Positions 1 to 6,831 of a stretch of DNA of 46,195 nucleotides are shown here, one piece after another. A program made the position numbers and the translations under genes. Position 1 is the stretch's first letter. Each line of letters opens with the position of its first letter. Below the pieces are notes generated by a model. That model saw nothing but the letters and a program-made list of their open reading frames with translations, did not search any database and was not told where the DNA came from. Source of the DNA: a virus (taxonomy: Duplodnaviria; Caudoviricetes); the IMG/VR virus record IMGVR_UViG_3300037790_000023, positions 1-46,195 of that record; one strand, written 5' to 3'.

Positions 1-1332
1 AAAAACTATTATAATTATGATACGATGTTCCATAAGGATATTTATGCTTGGGATTCTGTATTCCTGCCTAAATATGACAGCTTGATACAACACTTGGCAG
101 GAGCATGGAACTCGAGGATGTTCTTAACGATGTCTCCGTGGGTAGATTATGCCACTGGATATCATATTAGAGATGACAAATCATTTTCAAAAGGAAGTCC
201 GTACATAAATAGGAATACTTATTCAAGTTCAGGAATAGCTTACAATAAAGCCTACGAACTACCTAACAACCTTTCAAGGGGTAACTTGCGCTTAAAACCT
301 TGGGCCAGTTGGTTTAAAGATAGCCTCTATAAAGAAATAGAAGGGTATGAAATAAACTCATTTGACTTTAGTAATAATGACCGTTATACTATGGAATTTA
401 CTAAAGGTAGCAGTATAAAAACCTTATACTGGAACCCTAATAATAACCATAGTAGGCCAAAGTTTTTACCTGAAAGATTTAACATGGCCTTTGCCCTTGT
501 ATCCGACTCACTATTTGAAAAAAGTACAGAGGTTATTGGTAGCGATTTTAGCGGAACATGGTCAGGGGTAAAATCATTACCAGATATCTCAACCTACACA
601 CTTAAGGCTGAAGAAGGACAGCCATATAGCTACAACAGCATACATCCGGTAGACAGCACTGAGGTTATTAAAACTGAAAACAATATTACCTTTTTTAGAA
701 AATCCTTTGATCTAACAGATACAGTAGATTTAAATGCACGTATCAGAATGACGGTAGACGATGCGATGGAAATTTACATCAATGACATCCTTATAGCCAG
801 AGAGGATCATTCAGGGCCACCCAACTTTAAATCCCCTTATCATGATTTAATGTATAGATCCGATACCCTAAACGCCAATGGCTACAATGGAAATGATGCC
901 TTTGATTATGTAAAGGCAGACCTTAAAGGAATTTTTAAAAGCGATGAAAATACAGTAATCTTAGTAGTACGAAATAAAAGTAAAAGCGGAGATAAAGGCG
1001 GGTTTTCATTTCGTTTGGATTTGGGGAAAGGTGAATCCACAGTCATCAAGAAAATGAACAAATCTGTTGCCACTACTTCTTCCTCATCTATCGCACAGGG
1101 CTTTATAGTTTATCCAAACCCTACTATGGGTGTAACAACAATTGAATTACTTCAGGAAAGCTCTACCCCTTCTTATGTAACTGTACATGAAGCCTTTTCT
1201 GGTAACGTTCTATCGGAAAAAATAATCCTTAAAGAAGTCAGCATTGATTTGAGCGACTATTCAAATGGTCTGTATATCCTAAAAATTAACATAGGTGGTA
1301 AAACCTACTTTCATAAGATCATCAAGAATTAG
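1..1332 (+). CDS. Host secreted protein, 5'-truncated by the window edge; C-terminal T9SS sorting domain, glycoside-hydrolase-like N-terminal part
   Basis: Frame open from base 1; C-terminus VYPNPT...LSDYSNGLYILKI...KIIKN is a typical Por/T9SS CTD; first ~130 aa resemble the C-terminus of the ORF at 12276-14273. Confidence 0.8.
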   Translation, partial: KNYYNYDTMFHKDIYAWDSVFLPKYDSLIQHLAGAWNSRMFLTMSPWVDYATGYHIRDDKSFSKGSPYINRNTYSSSGIAYNKAYELPNNLSRGNLRLKPWASWFKDSLYKEIEGYEINSFDFSNNDRYTMEFTKGSSIKTLYWNPNNNHSRPKFLPERFNMAFALVSDSLFEKSTEVIGSDFSGTWSGVKSLPDISTYTLKAEEGQPYSYNSIHPVDSTEVIKTENNITFFRKSFDLTDTVDLNARIRMTVDDAMEIYINDILIAREDHSGPPNFKSPYHDLMYRSDTLNANGYNGNDAFDYVKADLKGIFKSDENTVILVVRNKSKSGDKGGFSFRLDLGKGESTVIKKMNKSVATTSSSSIAQGFIVYPNPTMGVTTIELLQESSTPSYVTVHEAFSGNVLSEKIILKEVSIDLSDYSNGLYILKINIGGKTYFHKIIKN

Positions 1333-1359
1333 AGATTTTAATAAGTAAACTAACTATAT

Positions 1360-1390
1360 AAAAACTGCCTTTAAAAGGCAGTTTTTTTTT
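1360..1390 (+). terminator. Rho-independent terminator of the host gene
   Basis: aaaaactgcctt-taa-aaggcagttttttttt hairpin with T tract. Confidence 0.85.
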
Positions 1391-1437
1391 ATCCATATCG
1401 GCAATAAATAAGCGGTGGTAATAAGCAGTACCACAAC

Positions 1438-1473
1438 AAAAAAAGCCGCAAGTTTTTCAACTTGCGGCTTTTT
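1438..1473 (-). terminator. Terminator downstream of the tRNA 3' end (possibly bidirectional)
   Basis: aaaaaagccgcaag-tttttcaa-cttgcggcttttt perfect stem. Confidence 0.85.
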
Positions 1474-1474
1474 A

Positions 1475-1526
1475 GTCGGGGCGGCAGGATTCGAACCTGC
1501 GACCTCCTGCTCCCAAAGCAGGCGCG
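1475..1526 (-). other. 3' fragment of tRNA-Pro(TGG); prophage att site
   Basis: Minus strand CGCGCCTGCTTTGGGAGCAGGAGGTCGCAGGTTCGAATCCTGCCGCCCCGAC has anticodon arm (TGG), T arm and 3' acceptor strand; the 5' acceptor and D arm are replaced by AT-rich DNA. Confidence 0.9.
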
Positions 1527-1615
1527 AATTAAATATATTCGTTTGATTTTCAGCACGCATCGAAAATATTTTCAAAGTTTTAAAAGTTTTTTAAAAGTGG
1601 TATTACTTTGTTTTG

Positions 1616-1623
1616 TATATTTG
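1616..1623 (+). promoter_or_regulatory. Bacteroidota -7 promoter element
   Basis: TATATTTG matches TAnnTTTG, 27 nt before ATG 1651. Confidence 0.55.
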
Positions 1624-1650
1624 TTTACATCAAATGAAAAGCAAATTAAT

Positions 1651-2073
1651 ATGAAGTTTCAAGACATTAAAGTAGGTGATGAAGTTTTTGTAGGTAATTC
1701 AATAAGGTATGGGTGGAACTTAGGAGAAGAGTTTTTTATTCCAGAAAAAGTTGTTAGAGTTACAAAAACACAGTTCTCAACTGTAAGCGGAAGAAGGTTT
1801 AAAAAAGAGTATGGGCAGCAAATAGGCTCAGGCACTTATGGAGCCAACGCTTATATGGAAGGTGATAAAAAGAGCCATTGGTCAGATGATGTTATATACG
1901 ACCAAACTAAAGAAATGGAAGAGTTCAAGAAAAAAATCAGTCTTGAAAGAGATGTAATCCAAACCTTAGCAGATATAAATCCTTCGCTTAATAGCGGTCT
2001 TTCGTTAAAAGAATTGGCTGAAATAAAGAAATCCCTTTTGGAGATTAAAGCCAGACTCAACCCCACCCCTTAA
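1651..2073 (+). CDS. Hypothetical phage protein (beta-barrel-like N-terminus)
   Basis: ATG at 1651 after an A-rich leader; the longer ORF call overlaps the tRNA fragment. Confidence 0.75.
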   Translation: MKFQDIKVGDEVFVGNSIRYGWNLGEEFFIPEKVVRVTKTQFSTVSGRRFKKEYGQQIGSGTYGANAYMEGDKKSHWSDDVIYDQTKEMEEFKKKISLERDVIQTLADINPSLNSGLSLKELAEIKKSLLEIKARLNPTP

Positions 2074-2092
2074 ATAATAAAAGCTAAGAGAT

Positions 2093-2305
2093 ATGAAGAT
2101 AGACGAAGTAATAGCAAAATTAGAATCCTACAGGAAAGAGCATGGTAATATAGATGTTCGTGTCGCTGGCTCTATAGAATACTGGGGGACAACCTACAAC
2201 GAAGTAGATGAATCCACCCTTAGAGTAGACGAAAACACATCGTTAAACCCTAAGAAATTAGAGAATACTAAGGCCGTTGTTTTTTGCTTTGGGTATGACT
2301 GTTAA
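2093..2305 (+). CDS. Hypothetical phage protein
   Basis: 70 aa ORF with ATG, co-oriented in the operon. Confidence 0.7.
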   Translation: MKIDEVIAKLESYRKEHGNIDVRVAGSIEYWGTTYNEVDESTLRVDENTSLNPKKLENTKAVVFCFGYDC

Positions 2306-2315
2306 TACCGAGCCT

Positions 2316-2588
2316 ATGACCCTAAAAGAAAAAACACAATATGACTTTGGCGGGTATTGCTCCAATTGCTTAAATAAGCTAAAAGAATGTACCTGCAAGT
2401 CTATTGATTTTAAAATGGATATAAAAGACAAAATACGCCTCATACGCCACAAGGTTTCCCAAAAGGAACTAGCTCGACAAATAGGATGGAGCCAAAGGTC
2501 TTTCTCTAACTGGATGAATGGGAGACGGAATATACCGAAAGACAAGCTGGAAAAGTTGGAGGGGATTGTTGAGGGGCTACGACCGTAG
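2316..2588 (+). CDS. XRE-family helix-turn-helix protein (start uncertain, possibly 2415)
   Basis: VSQKELARQIGWSQRSFSNWMNGRRNIP HTH motif. Confidence 0.8.
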   Translation: MTLKEKTQYDFGGYCSNCLNKLKECTCKSIDFKMDIKDKIRLIRHKVSQKELARQIGWSQRSFSNWMNGRRNIPKDKLEKLEGIVEGLRP

Positions 2589-2600
2589 GGTATTTTGCCT

Positions 2601-2726
2601 CAACGGTAAAGTATATGCGTTCGGTTGCGATTAAAAGCACGGACGTATCAATTTAAAACAAAACTTAATAGAATGGAAGAAACAACGAATAAGCACGAAG
2701 CCGCAACTGACGTATATACAGTGTTA
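2601..2726. repeat. attC-like site S1
   Basis: CAACggtaaaGTATATGCGTTCGGTTGCG ... CGCAACTGACGTATATACagtGTTA. Confidence 0.85.
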
Positions 2727-3365
2727 CCCACTGGCACGGGTAATTTACTGGAACTTTTCGCAGGATCTAGAAGCGTTGGAAAGGTTGGTGAAAGGCTTGG
2801 CTACAATGTATTTTCGATTGATTGGAAAGAATACGATGGAATAAACCTTGCTATTGATATTGGCAATTTAGTTAAAGAAGATGTGCCTTTTGTTCCTGAT
2901 GTAGTTTGGGCTTCTCCTGATTGCACTACATACAGCATTGCAGCTTGTAGTACACACCGAACTAACAGTATTGAACCAAAAACAGACTATGCTAAAAAGT
3001 GCGATCAGGTAAACGAGCATTTTATAGGACTGATTAAAGAATGGCTAAATATTAACCCTAATATGGTATTCTTTATTGAAAATCCAAGAGGTATGCTCCG
3101 TAAAATGCCGTTTATGCAAGAGTTCAAAAGGCACACAATATGGTATTGCCAATATGGTGACGATAGAGCCAAGCCGACTGATATTTGGACGAACAGCAAA
3201 GACTGGATACCAAGACCACAATGTAAGAACGGAAACCCTAATTGCCACCACCAACCTGCACCGAGAGGAAGTAAGACAGGAACGCAAGGGCGAAAAGGAA
3301 GCTACCAACGATCTATAATACCCGTAGAACTTTGTTTGGAAGTACTAAGTAGTGCTTGTGGGTAA
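2673..3365 (+). CDS. Compact C5-cytosine DNA methyltransferase (cassette gene)
   Basis: Motif I LLELFAG, motif IV SPDC, motif VI IENP; starts inside S1 and stops at the TAA of S2. Confidence 0.8.
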   Translation: MEETTNKHEAATDVYTVLPTGTGNLLELFAGSRSVGKVGERLGYNVFSIDWKEYDGINLAIDIGNLVKEDVPFVPDVVWASPDCTTYSIAACSTHRTNSIEPKTDYAKKCDQVNEHFIGLIKEWLNINPNMVFFIENPRGMLRKMPFMQEFKRHTIWYCQYGDDRAKPTDIWTNSKDWIPRPQCKNGNPNCHHQPAPRGSKTGTQGRKGSYQRSIIPVELCLEVLSSACG

Positions 3366-3420
3366 CGGTTTGGCTATGAAATAGCGTAGCGACCCGAAGG
3401 GTATTTTATAGCCTGTGTTA
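3363..3420. repeat. attC-like site S2
   Basis: TAACggtttGGCTATGAAATA ... TATTTTATAGCCtgtGTTA. Confidence 0.9.
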
Positions 3421-3464
3421 TATACTGGCACGGGCAAATAGTAGAAACTTAATTTAAAAACGAT

Positions 3465-3704
3465 ATGAGAACCAAAAGGCATTTAAGTACAAACATTGAA
3501 GGAGTTTTACGAAACTTTAAAGGAAGGAAAATGACTGGATTATTCGATGATGAAAATGGAAATCCAATGAGCGACAAAGATATTAGGCAAACATTAGCTG
3601 AACTTCAAGCTAAAGGACATAAACTAATCGGTTCTGAGAACTGTGAAGGATTTGACCCTTTTGGTGGTGGTTGTCCTGGACATCCAATCGAAGACGATGA
3701 GTAG
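3465..3704 (+). CDS. Hypothetical cassette protein
   Basis: 79 aa ORF between S2 and S3, ends CEGFDPFGGGCPGH. Confidence 0.8.
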   Translation: MRTKRHLSTNIEGVLRNFKGRKMTGLFDDENGNPMSDKDIRQTLAELQAKGHKLIGSENCEGFDPFGGGCPGHPIEDDE

Positions 3705-3714
3705 TGCTTGTATA

Positions 3715-3835
3715 TAACGCTAAGTATAAAAACAGTGATAATTAACAGATAAAATTTAAAAAATGGCAGAACTTATTGAATTTCCGATGAACCAAGATAG
3801 ACGCAAAGAACTATCATTGTTTTTATACAATGTTA
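3715..3835. repeat. attC-like site S3
   Basis: TAACgctaaGTATAAAAACAGTGATA ... TATCATTGTTTTTATACaatGTTA. Confidence 0.9.
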
Positions 3836-3999
3836 GGCGTAGTGGTTTATATCCTGATATGGTAATAGACCGACTTGAAGCACATATAATTGAAGGAAAG
3901 CCTGAAAATGTTGTAGATAGCATATTTCACGAAGAACCAATTTGGATTGCAAAAAAGATGATGCAAATAATGATAGAGTTTGGCTACCATTACGCCTAA
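3763..3999 (+). CDS. Hypothetical cassette protein
   Basis: Starts in the S3 loop, stops at the TAA of S4. Confidence 0.75.
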   Translation: MAELIEFPMNQDRRKELSLFLYNVRRSGLYPDMVIDRLEAHIIEGKPENVVDSIFHEEPIWIAKKMMQIMIEFGYHYA

Positions 4000-4092
4000 C
4001 GGTGTAGCTATGCACAGGGCGATGAATCCAACACCAGTCTAAGATTGCACACAATTACCCCTGCTCTTTTTTTGCCCCAAACGAAAATAAAT

Positions 4093-4152
4093 TTAAGTAT
4101 TTACTTAAAAAAGGTTGTAAAATATTTGGTTTGTATTTAAGTATATGCTTAT
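4093..4152 (+). promoter_or_regulatory. Two near-palindromic operator-like boxes in the promoter region of the loop operon
   Basis: TTAAGTATTTACTTAA (4093-4108) and TTAAGTATATGCTTAT (4137-4152). Confidence 0.5.
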
Positions 4153-4177
4153 ATTACACCATCAAAACAAATAAGCT

Positions 4178-4360
4178 ATGACACTTACGCAAGAACTTAA
4201 AAGCAATCCTTACTTCAAGCCGTCAAACTGTACTGATCTATCAGACCTTGACCACGCTATTGGTGAAGTGTTAAAGCTGGAAGATAAGTACGGCCAACAT
4301 AAGAGCATTGATAATGTGTTTGAAAAACTATATAACAAACGTAAAAAGCTACAGGAATGA
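4178..4360 (+). CDS. Hypothetical protein (loop operon gene 1)
   Basis: 60 aa ORF, ATGA overlap with the next gene. Confidence 0.75.
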   Translation: MTLTQELKSNPYFKPSNCTDLSDLDHAIGEVLKLEDKYGQHKSIDNVFEKLYNKRKKLQE

Positions 4361-4611
4361 TTTACGATAATAATGATAACCACATTACAGTAAAACTTCT
4401 AAAAAAGAAAGGATGGATTCTTTTTGAAGTTTATTCAAGTAGATGCTCCGAAGCTAATGGTGAATCCGGTGGGTGGTGGATAGAAACATCTGTTGCTCAC
4501 GATACCGAACACGCTGAAAGTCATAGAAAAATTCAAAGCCTATTCTTAGGTTGCACTCTAAAGGGTGCAATATCGACACTAAAATCTGATAAAGTACCTT
4601 ATAATGACTAA
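4357..4611 (+). CDS. Hypothetical protein (loop operon gene 2)
   Basis: 84 aa ORF, translationally coupled. Confidence 0.7.
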   Translation: MIYDNNDNHITVKLLKKKGWILFEVYSSRCSEANGESGGWWIETSVAHDTEHAESHRKIQSLFLGCTLKGAISTLKSDKVPYND

Positions 4612-4780
4612 GCTAAAAGAAACAAGAAACCCAAGACCCTGTGCATTTTTGTATAAATGGATTGAAACCCAATTAGGAAATAAAAGGCAGTGTAGAAGGT
4701 GCGGTAAATTACAACATTTAGAGTTAGGCCATCCTGATAGATCAAATTCAACATGTAAAACAATAGGGTATTTTAAATGA
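4604..4780 (+). CDS. Small Cys-containing protein (loop operon gene 3; not in the ORF track)
   Basis: Manual translation MTKLKETRNPRPCAF...QCRRCGK...GYFK, 58 aa; overlaps both neighbours. Confidence 0.65.
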   Translation: MTKLKETRNPRPCAFLYKWIETQLGNKRQCRRCGKLQHLELGHPDRSNSTCKTIGYFK

Positions 4781-4956
4781 CCATCAAGGAAGTAAAAAAA
4801 GAACTCGGCATAACGGATAACGACCTGGCCGAGTTCTTCCAATACAAAACAGACATGGCCTACAGAAATTCATCTGCAAGGTCACGTATCGAAAATGGTA
4901 TTGTGAAACTGTATGCCCTTATGAAAACGCGAGCAGGGCAAAAAAAACCAGCCTGA
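4777..4956 (+). CDS. Small HTH-like protein (loop operon gene 4; not in the ORF track)
   Basis: Manual translation MTIKEVKKELGITDNDLAEFFQYK...GQKKPA, 59 aa; ATGA overlap. Confidence 0.7.
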   Translation: MTIKEVKKELGITDNDLAEFFQYKTDMAYRNSSARSRIENGIVKLYALMKTRAGQKKPA

Positions 4957-5022
4957 TGTATCAGAAAAGGACGAATAAGCCTTGGGTATAGCTGGTGTTG
5001 GTGTGTCGTTTTAATGCATCAC

Positions 5023-5145
5023 CAACGGTTTGTATATGAAACGTGGCGTTTGTAAAGCACAAACCTTCGGGCTTAGGAGTAGCGATATGGAGCAACTTGA
5101 ATCTTCAAGAGGACAGAAACTAGCCATGTTTTATATACTTTGTTA
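5023..5145. repeat. attC-like site S5
   Basis: CAACggtttGTATATGAAACGTGGC ... GCCATGTTTTATATACtttGTTA. Confidence 0.9.
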
Positions 5146-5197
5146 GCGCACGTTATTGTTAATCATGCGGACATTAATGTCCTTAACATCTAATATT

Positions 5198-5374
5198 ATG
5201 ACGAGATTTATTTTAAAAACAGACAATAGACAAGGTGAATATCTTAAAGCTGAGTACAATGGTAAAGATGCGCCTAACGGATGGAATCACTACACGCACA
5301 GCAAAAGAAAAAAGGTTGAAGAGTATGCACAAAAGCATAATATAATTGGGCGCATTGAAAAGGTTGTTCTTTAA
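5198..5374 (+). CDS. Hypothetical cassette protein
   Basis: MTRFILKTDNRQ... ORF between S5 and S6; start uncertain. Confidence 0.65.
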   Translation: MTRFILKTDNRQGEYLKAEYNGKDAPNGWNHYTHSKRKKVEEYAQKHNIIGRIEKVVL

Positions 5375-5381
5375 TGTGCGC

Positions 5382-5578
5382 TAACGCCTACGGCTATGCA
5401 CAGTAATTTTAAATAAACGATATTATGATTAGAATAGAACAAACAACTAAAGCTCGCAGAAAGCTATTTCCCTCAGATGAATACTGCATTAATAAAAATG
5501 GCGAATACATTTATTTGACTAAAGTTGAATTAATGAAAATAGTTTGTGATTTAAAATTATTGGGTATAGCCGATGTTG
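5382..5578. repeat. attC-like site S6
   Basis: TAACgcctacGGCTATGCACAGTAATTTTAAAT ... ATTTAAAATTATTGGGTATAGCCgatGTTG. Confidence 0.9.
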
Positions 5579-5676
5579 TATGCCCGAAGGGTAAGTGCAA
5601 TCGATACAAAGAACTACATGATGGTGAAGTAGCAATTAGCAGCAAAGCAATAACCAACCCTAATTGGGAAGAGTAG
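5425..5676 (+). CDS. Hypothetical cassette protein
   Basis: First ~50 codons lie within S6; right arm encodes LLGIADV. Confidence 0.7.
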   Translation: MIRIEQTTKARRKLFPSDEYCINKNGEYIYLTKVELMKIVCDLKLLGIADVVCPKGKCNRYKELHDGEVAISSKAITNPNWEE

Positions 5677-5689
5677 GTTGCATTGCATA

Positions 5690-5801
5690 CAACGGTTTGG
5701 CTATGTGGTGTGCCAACCGAACCCAAGCAAACACCACTAACGATTGAATTAAAAACAAACATTAATTAATAACTAAGATGCATACCATATAGCCTTTGTT
5801 A
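5690..5801. repeat. attC-like site S7
   Basis: CAACggtttGGCTATGTGGTGTGC ... GCATACCATATAGCCtttGTTA. Confidence 0.9.
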
Positions 5802-5824
5802 TGCATCTGTAAATTTTACAGATT

Positions 5825-6025
5825 ATGGAACGAATAAAATATTTAGAAAGCAAACTACCGAAAGGTTTTGACCCAAACGAAAAGTACGGTAAAAATTTTG
5901 ATAAATACGCAAGGTATATGGGTAATGGTGTTTATTCCTGGAAAGGTTTAATGGCTACCGACACACGAGAATTGTTTTTACTTGGTGTTCTTAGAAGTGA
6001 GGGTATTGAATTTAAGGAAGAGTAA
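5825..6025 (+). CDS. Hypothetical cassette protein
   Basis: 66 aa ORF between S7 and S8. Confidence 0.7.
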   Translation: MERIKYLESKLPKGFDPNEKYGKNFDKYARYMGNGVYSWKGLMATDTRELFLLGVLRSEGIEFKEE

Positions 6026-6043
6026 AGTAAAATTTATTGTGCA

Positions 6044-6171
6044 TAACGTTATACGGCTATGAAGCGTTGCCGATTAAAACGCTATAACTTTTCAAATTAG
6101 AAACAAAATGAGTAAAGAGAACAAGACTTTGGATAAGCAACAAAACGGCAATGATTTTATAGCCGATGTTA
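6044..6171. repeat. attC-like site S8
   Basis: TAACgttatacGGCTATGAAGCGTTGCCG ... CGGCAATGATTTTATAGCCgatGTTA. Confidence 0.9.
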
Positions 6172-6380
6172 GCAACCGTTTATTATTGCACGTACATAAT
6201 GATATTGAAGATGGTGCGAAGTGGTATAATATACCGTTAGCTTTTTGGAACAAAGATTCAGTTTATGTAATGCAAGAAGATAGATGTGTATTTGTTGGTA
6301 ACGCAGCAGCAGCTTTGCAATTCATAACTTATAACGAGGGTAAATATTGTCAATCGAAGTTTCCTTTAAATGGTTGCTAA
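6108..6380 (+). CDS. Hypothetical cassette protein
   Basis: Starts in the S8 loop (NGNDFIADV), stops at the TAA of S9. Confidence 0.75.
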   Translation: MSKENKTLDKQQNGNDFIADVSNRLLLHVHNDIEDGAKWYNIPLAFWNKDSVYVMQEDRCVFVGNAAAALQFITYNEGKYCQSKFPLNGC

Positions 6381-6462
6381 CGATCAAGGCATAAGGCGAG
6401 TGGATGCGAAGCATACACATAGAGCCTTTGAGCTTCGCATCATTAGCCTTATGCGCCTGTTA
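6378..6462. repeat. attC-like site S9 (alternative right arm at 6532-6544)
   Basis: TAACgatcaaGGCATAAGGC..GATGCGAAGC ... GCTTCGCATC..GCCTTATGCgcctGTTA. Confidence 0.85.
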
Positions 6463-6581
6463 GGGAGCGTGGCCCAAGGGGCAAGCCTACATAAATTAAA
6501 TAATTATTAACCTCTCCTGATGCGTTGCTCAGCCTTGATCGTTAGGGCTCAGAGAGCTGCAAAGGAGCTTATTATTTTTCA

Positions 6582-6794
6582 ATGTTAACAGAAATTCAAA
6601 AAGCGAAAGCGGAGCAAATACATTCTCTTATAAGGGGAATAATAGCTATAGAAATGGGTTATGCTAATCAAACAAAAGTTTGCAAATCCGCTGAAGCGGT
6701 TTTTAATAAAATTGGTCAGTTAACATACCAAGAGTTTCGGCTTGTAAAAAAATATCTAAGCGGTTGCAGCGTACCGAAGGGCGATGAGCCCTAA
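6582..6794 (+). CDS. Hypothetical cassette protein
   Basis: 70 aa ORF ending at the TAA of the terminal TAAC. Confidence 0.65.
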   Translation: MLTEIQKAKAEQIHSLIRGIIAIEMGYANQTKVCKSAEAVFNKIGQLTYQEFRLVKKYLSGCSVPKGDEP

Positions 6795-6810
6795 CTAGCA
6801 TATAGAAAAC
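6785..6810 (-). other. Putative attI-like primary recombination site
   Basis: Last core TAAC (6792-6795; minus strand ctatatgctaGTTAGGGC) has no partner arm and lies 37 bp from the recombinase ATG. Confidence 0.6.
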
Positions 6811-6831
6811 CAACAACCTAAACCATTGATT

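Larger units (their letters stand above)
3997..5000. repeat. attC-like site S4 with ~960 bp between its arms
   Basis: TAACggtgtAGCTATGCACAGGGC (3997-4020) ... GCCTTGGGTATAGCTggtGTTG (4979-5000). Confidence 0.75.
2601..6795. mobile_element. Integron-like gene cassette array (9 cassettes)
   Basis: Nine YAAC...GTTR hairpin sites; sequence after each GTTR is complementary to sequence before the next YAAC; adjacent tyrosine recombinase. Confidence 0.85.

Noticed and set aside
1475-1550. Intact tRNA-Pro gene
   Set aside because: The 5' acceptor strand and D arm are missing; it is the duplicated att fragment
1354-1650. ORF 1354-1575 (-) and the N-terminal extension of ORF 1462-2073
   Set aside because: They translate the tRNA fragment and terminators; a better start exists at 1651
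2601-6795. CRISPR array or simple terminators
   Set aside because: Repeats differ in sequence and spacing, enclose genes, lack T tracts and pair cassette by cassette; no cas genes are present
2601-6795. Shufflon or invertible segments
   Set aside because: All ORFs and site asymmetries share one orientation, and the inverted flanks are cassette-specific; excision/integration fits better, though inversion is not formally excluded
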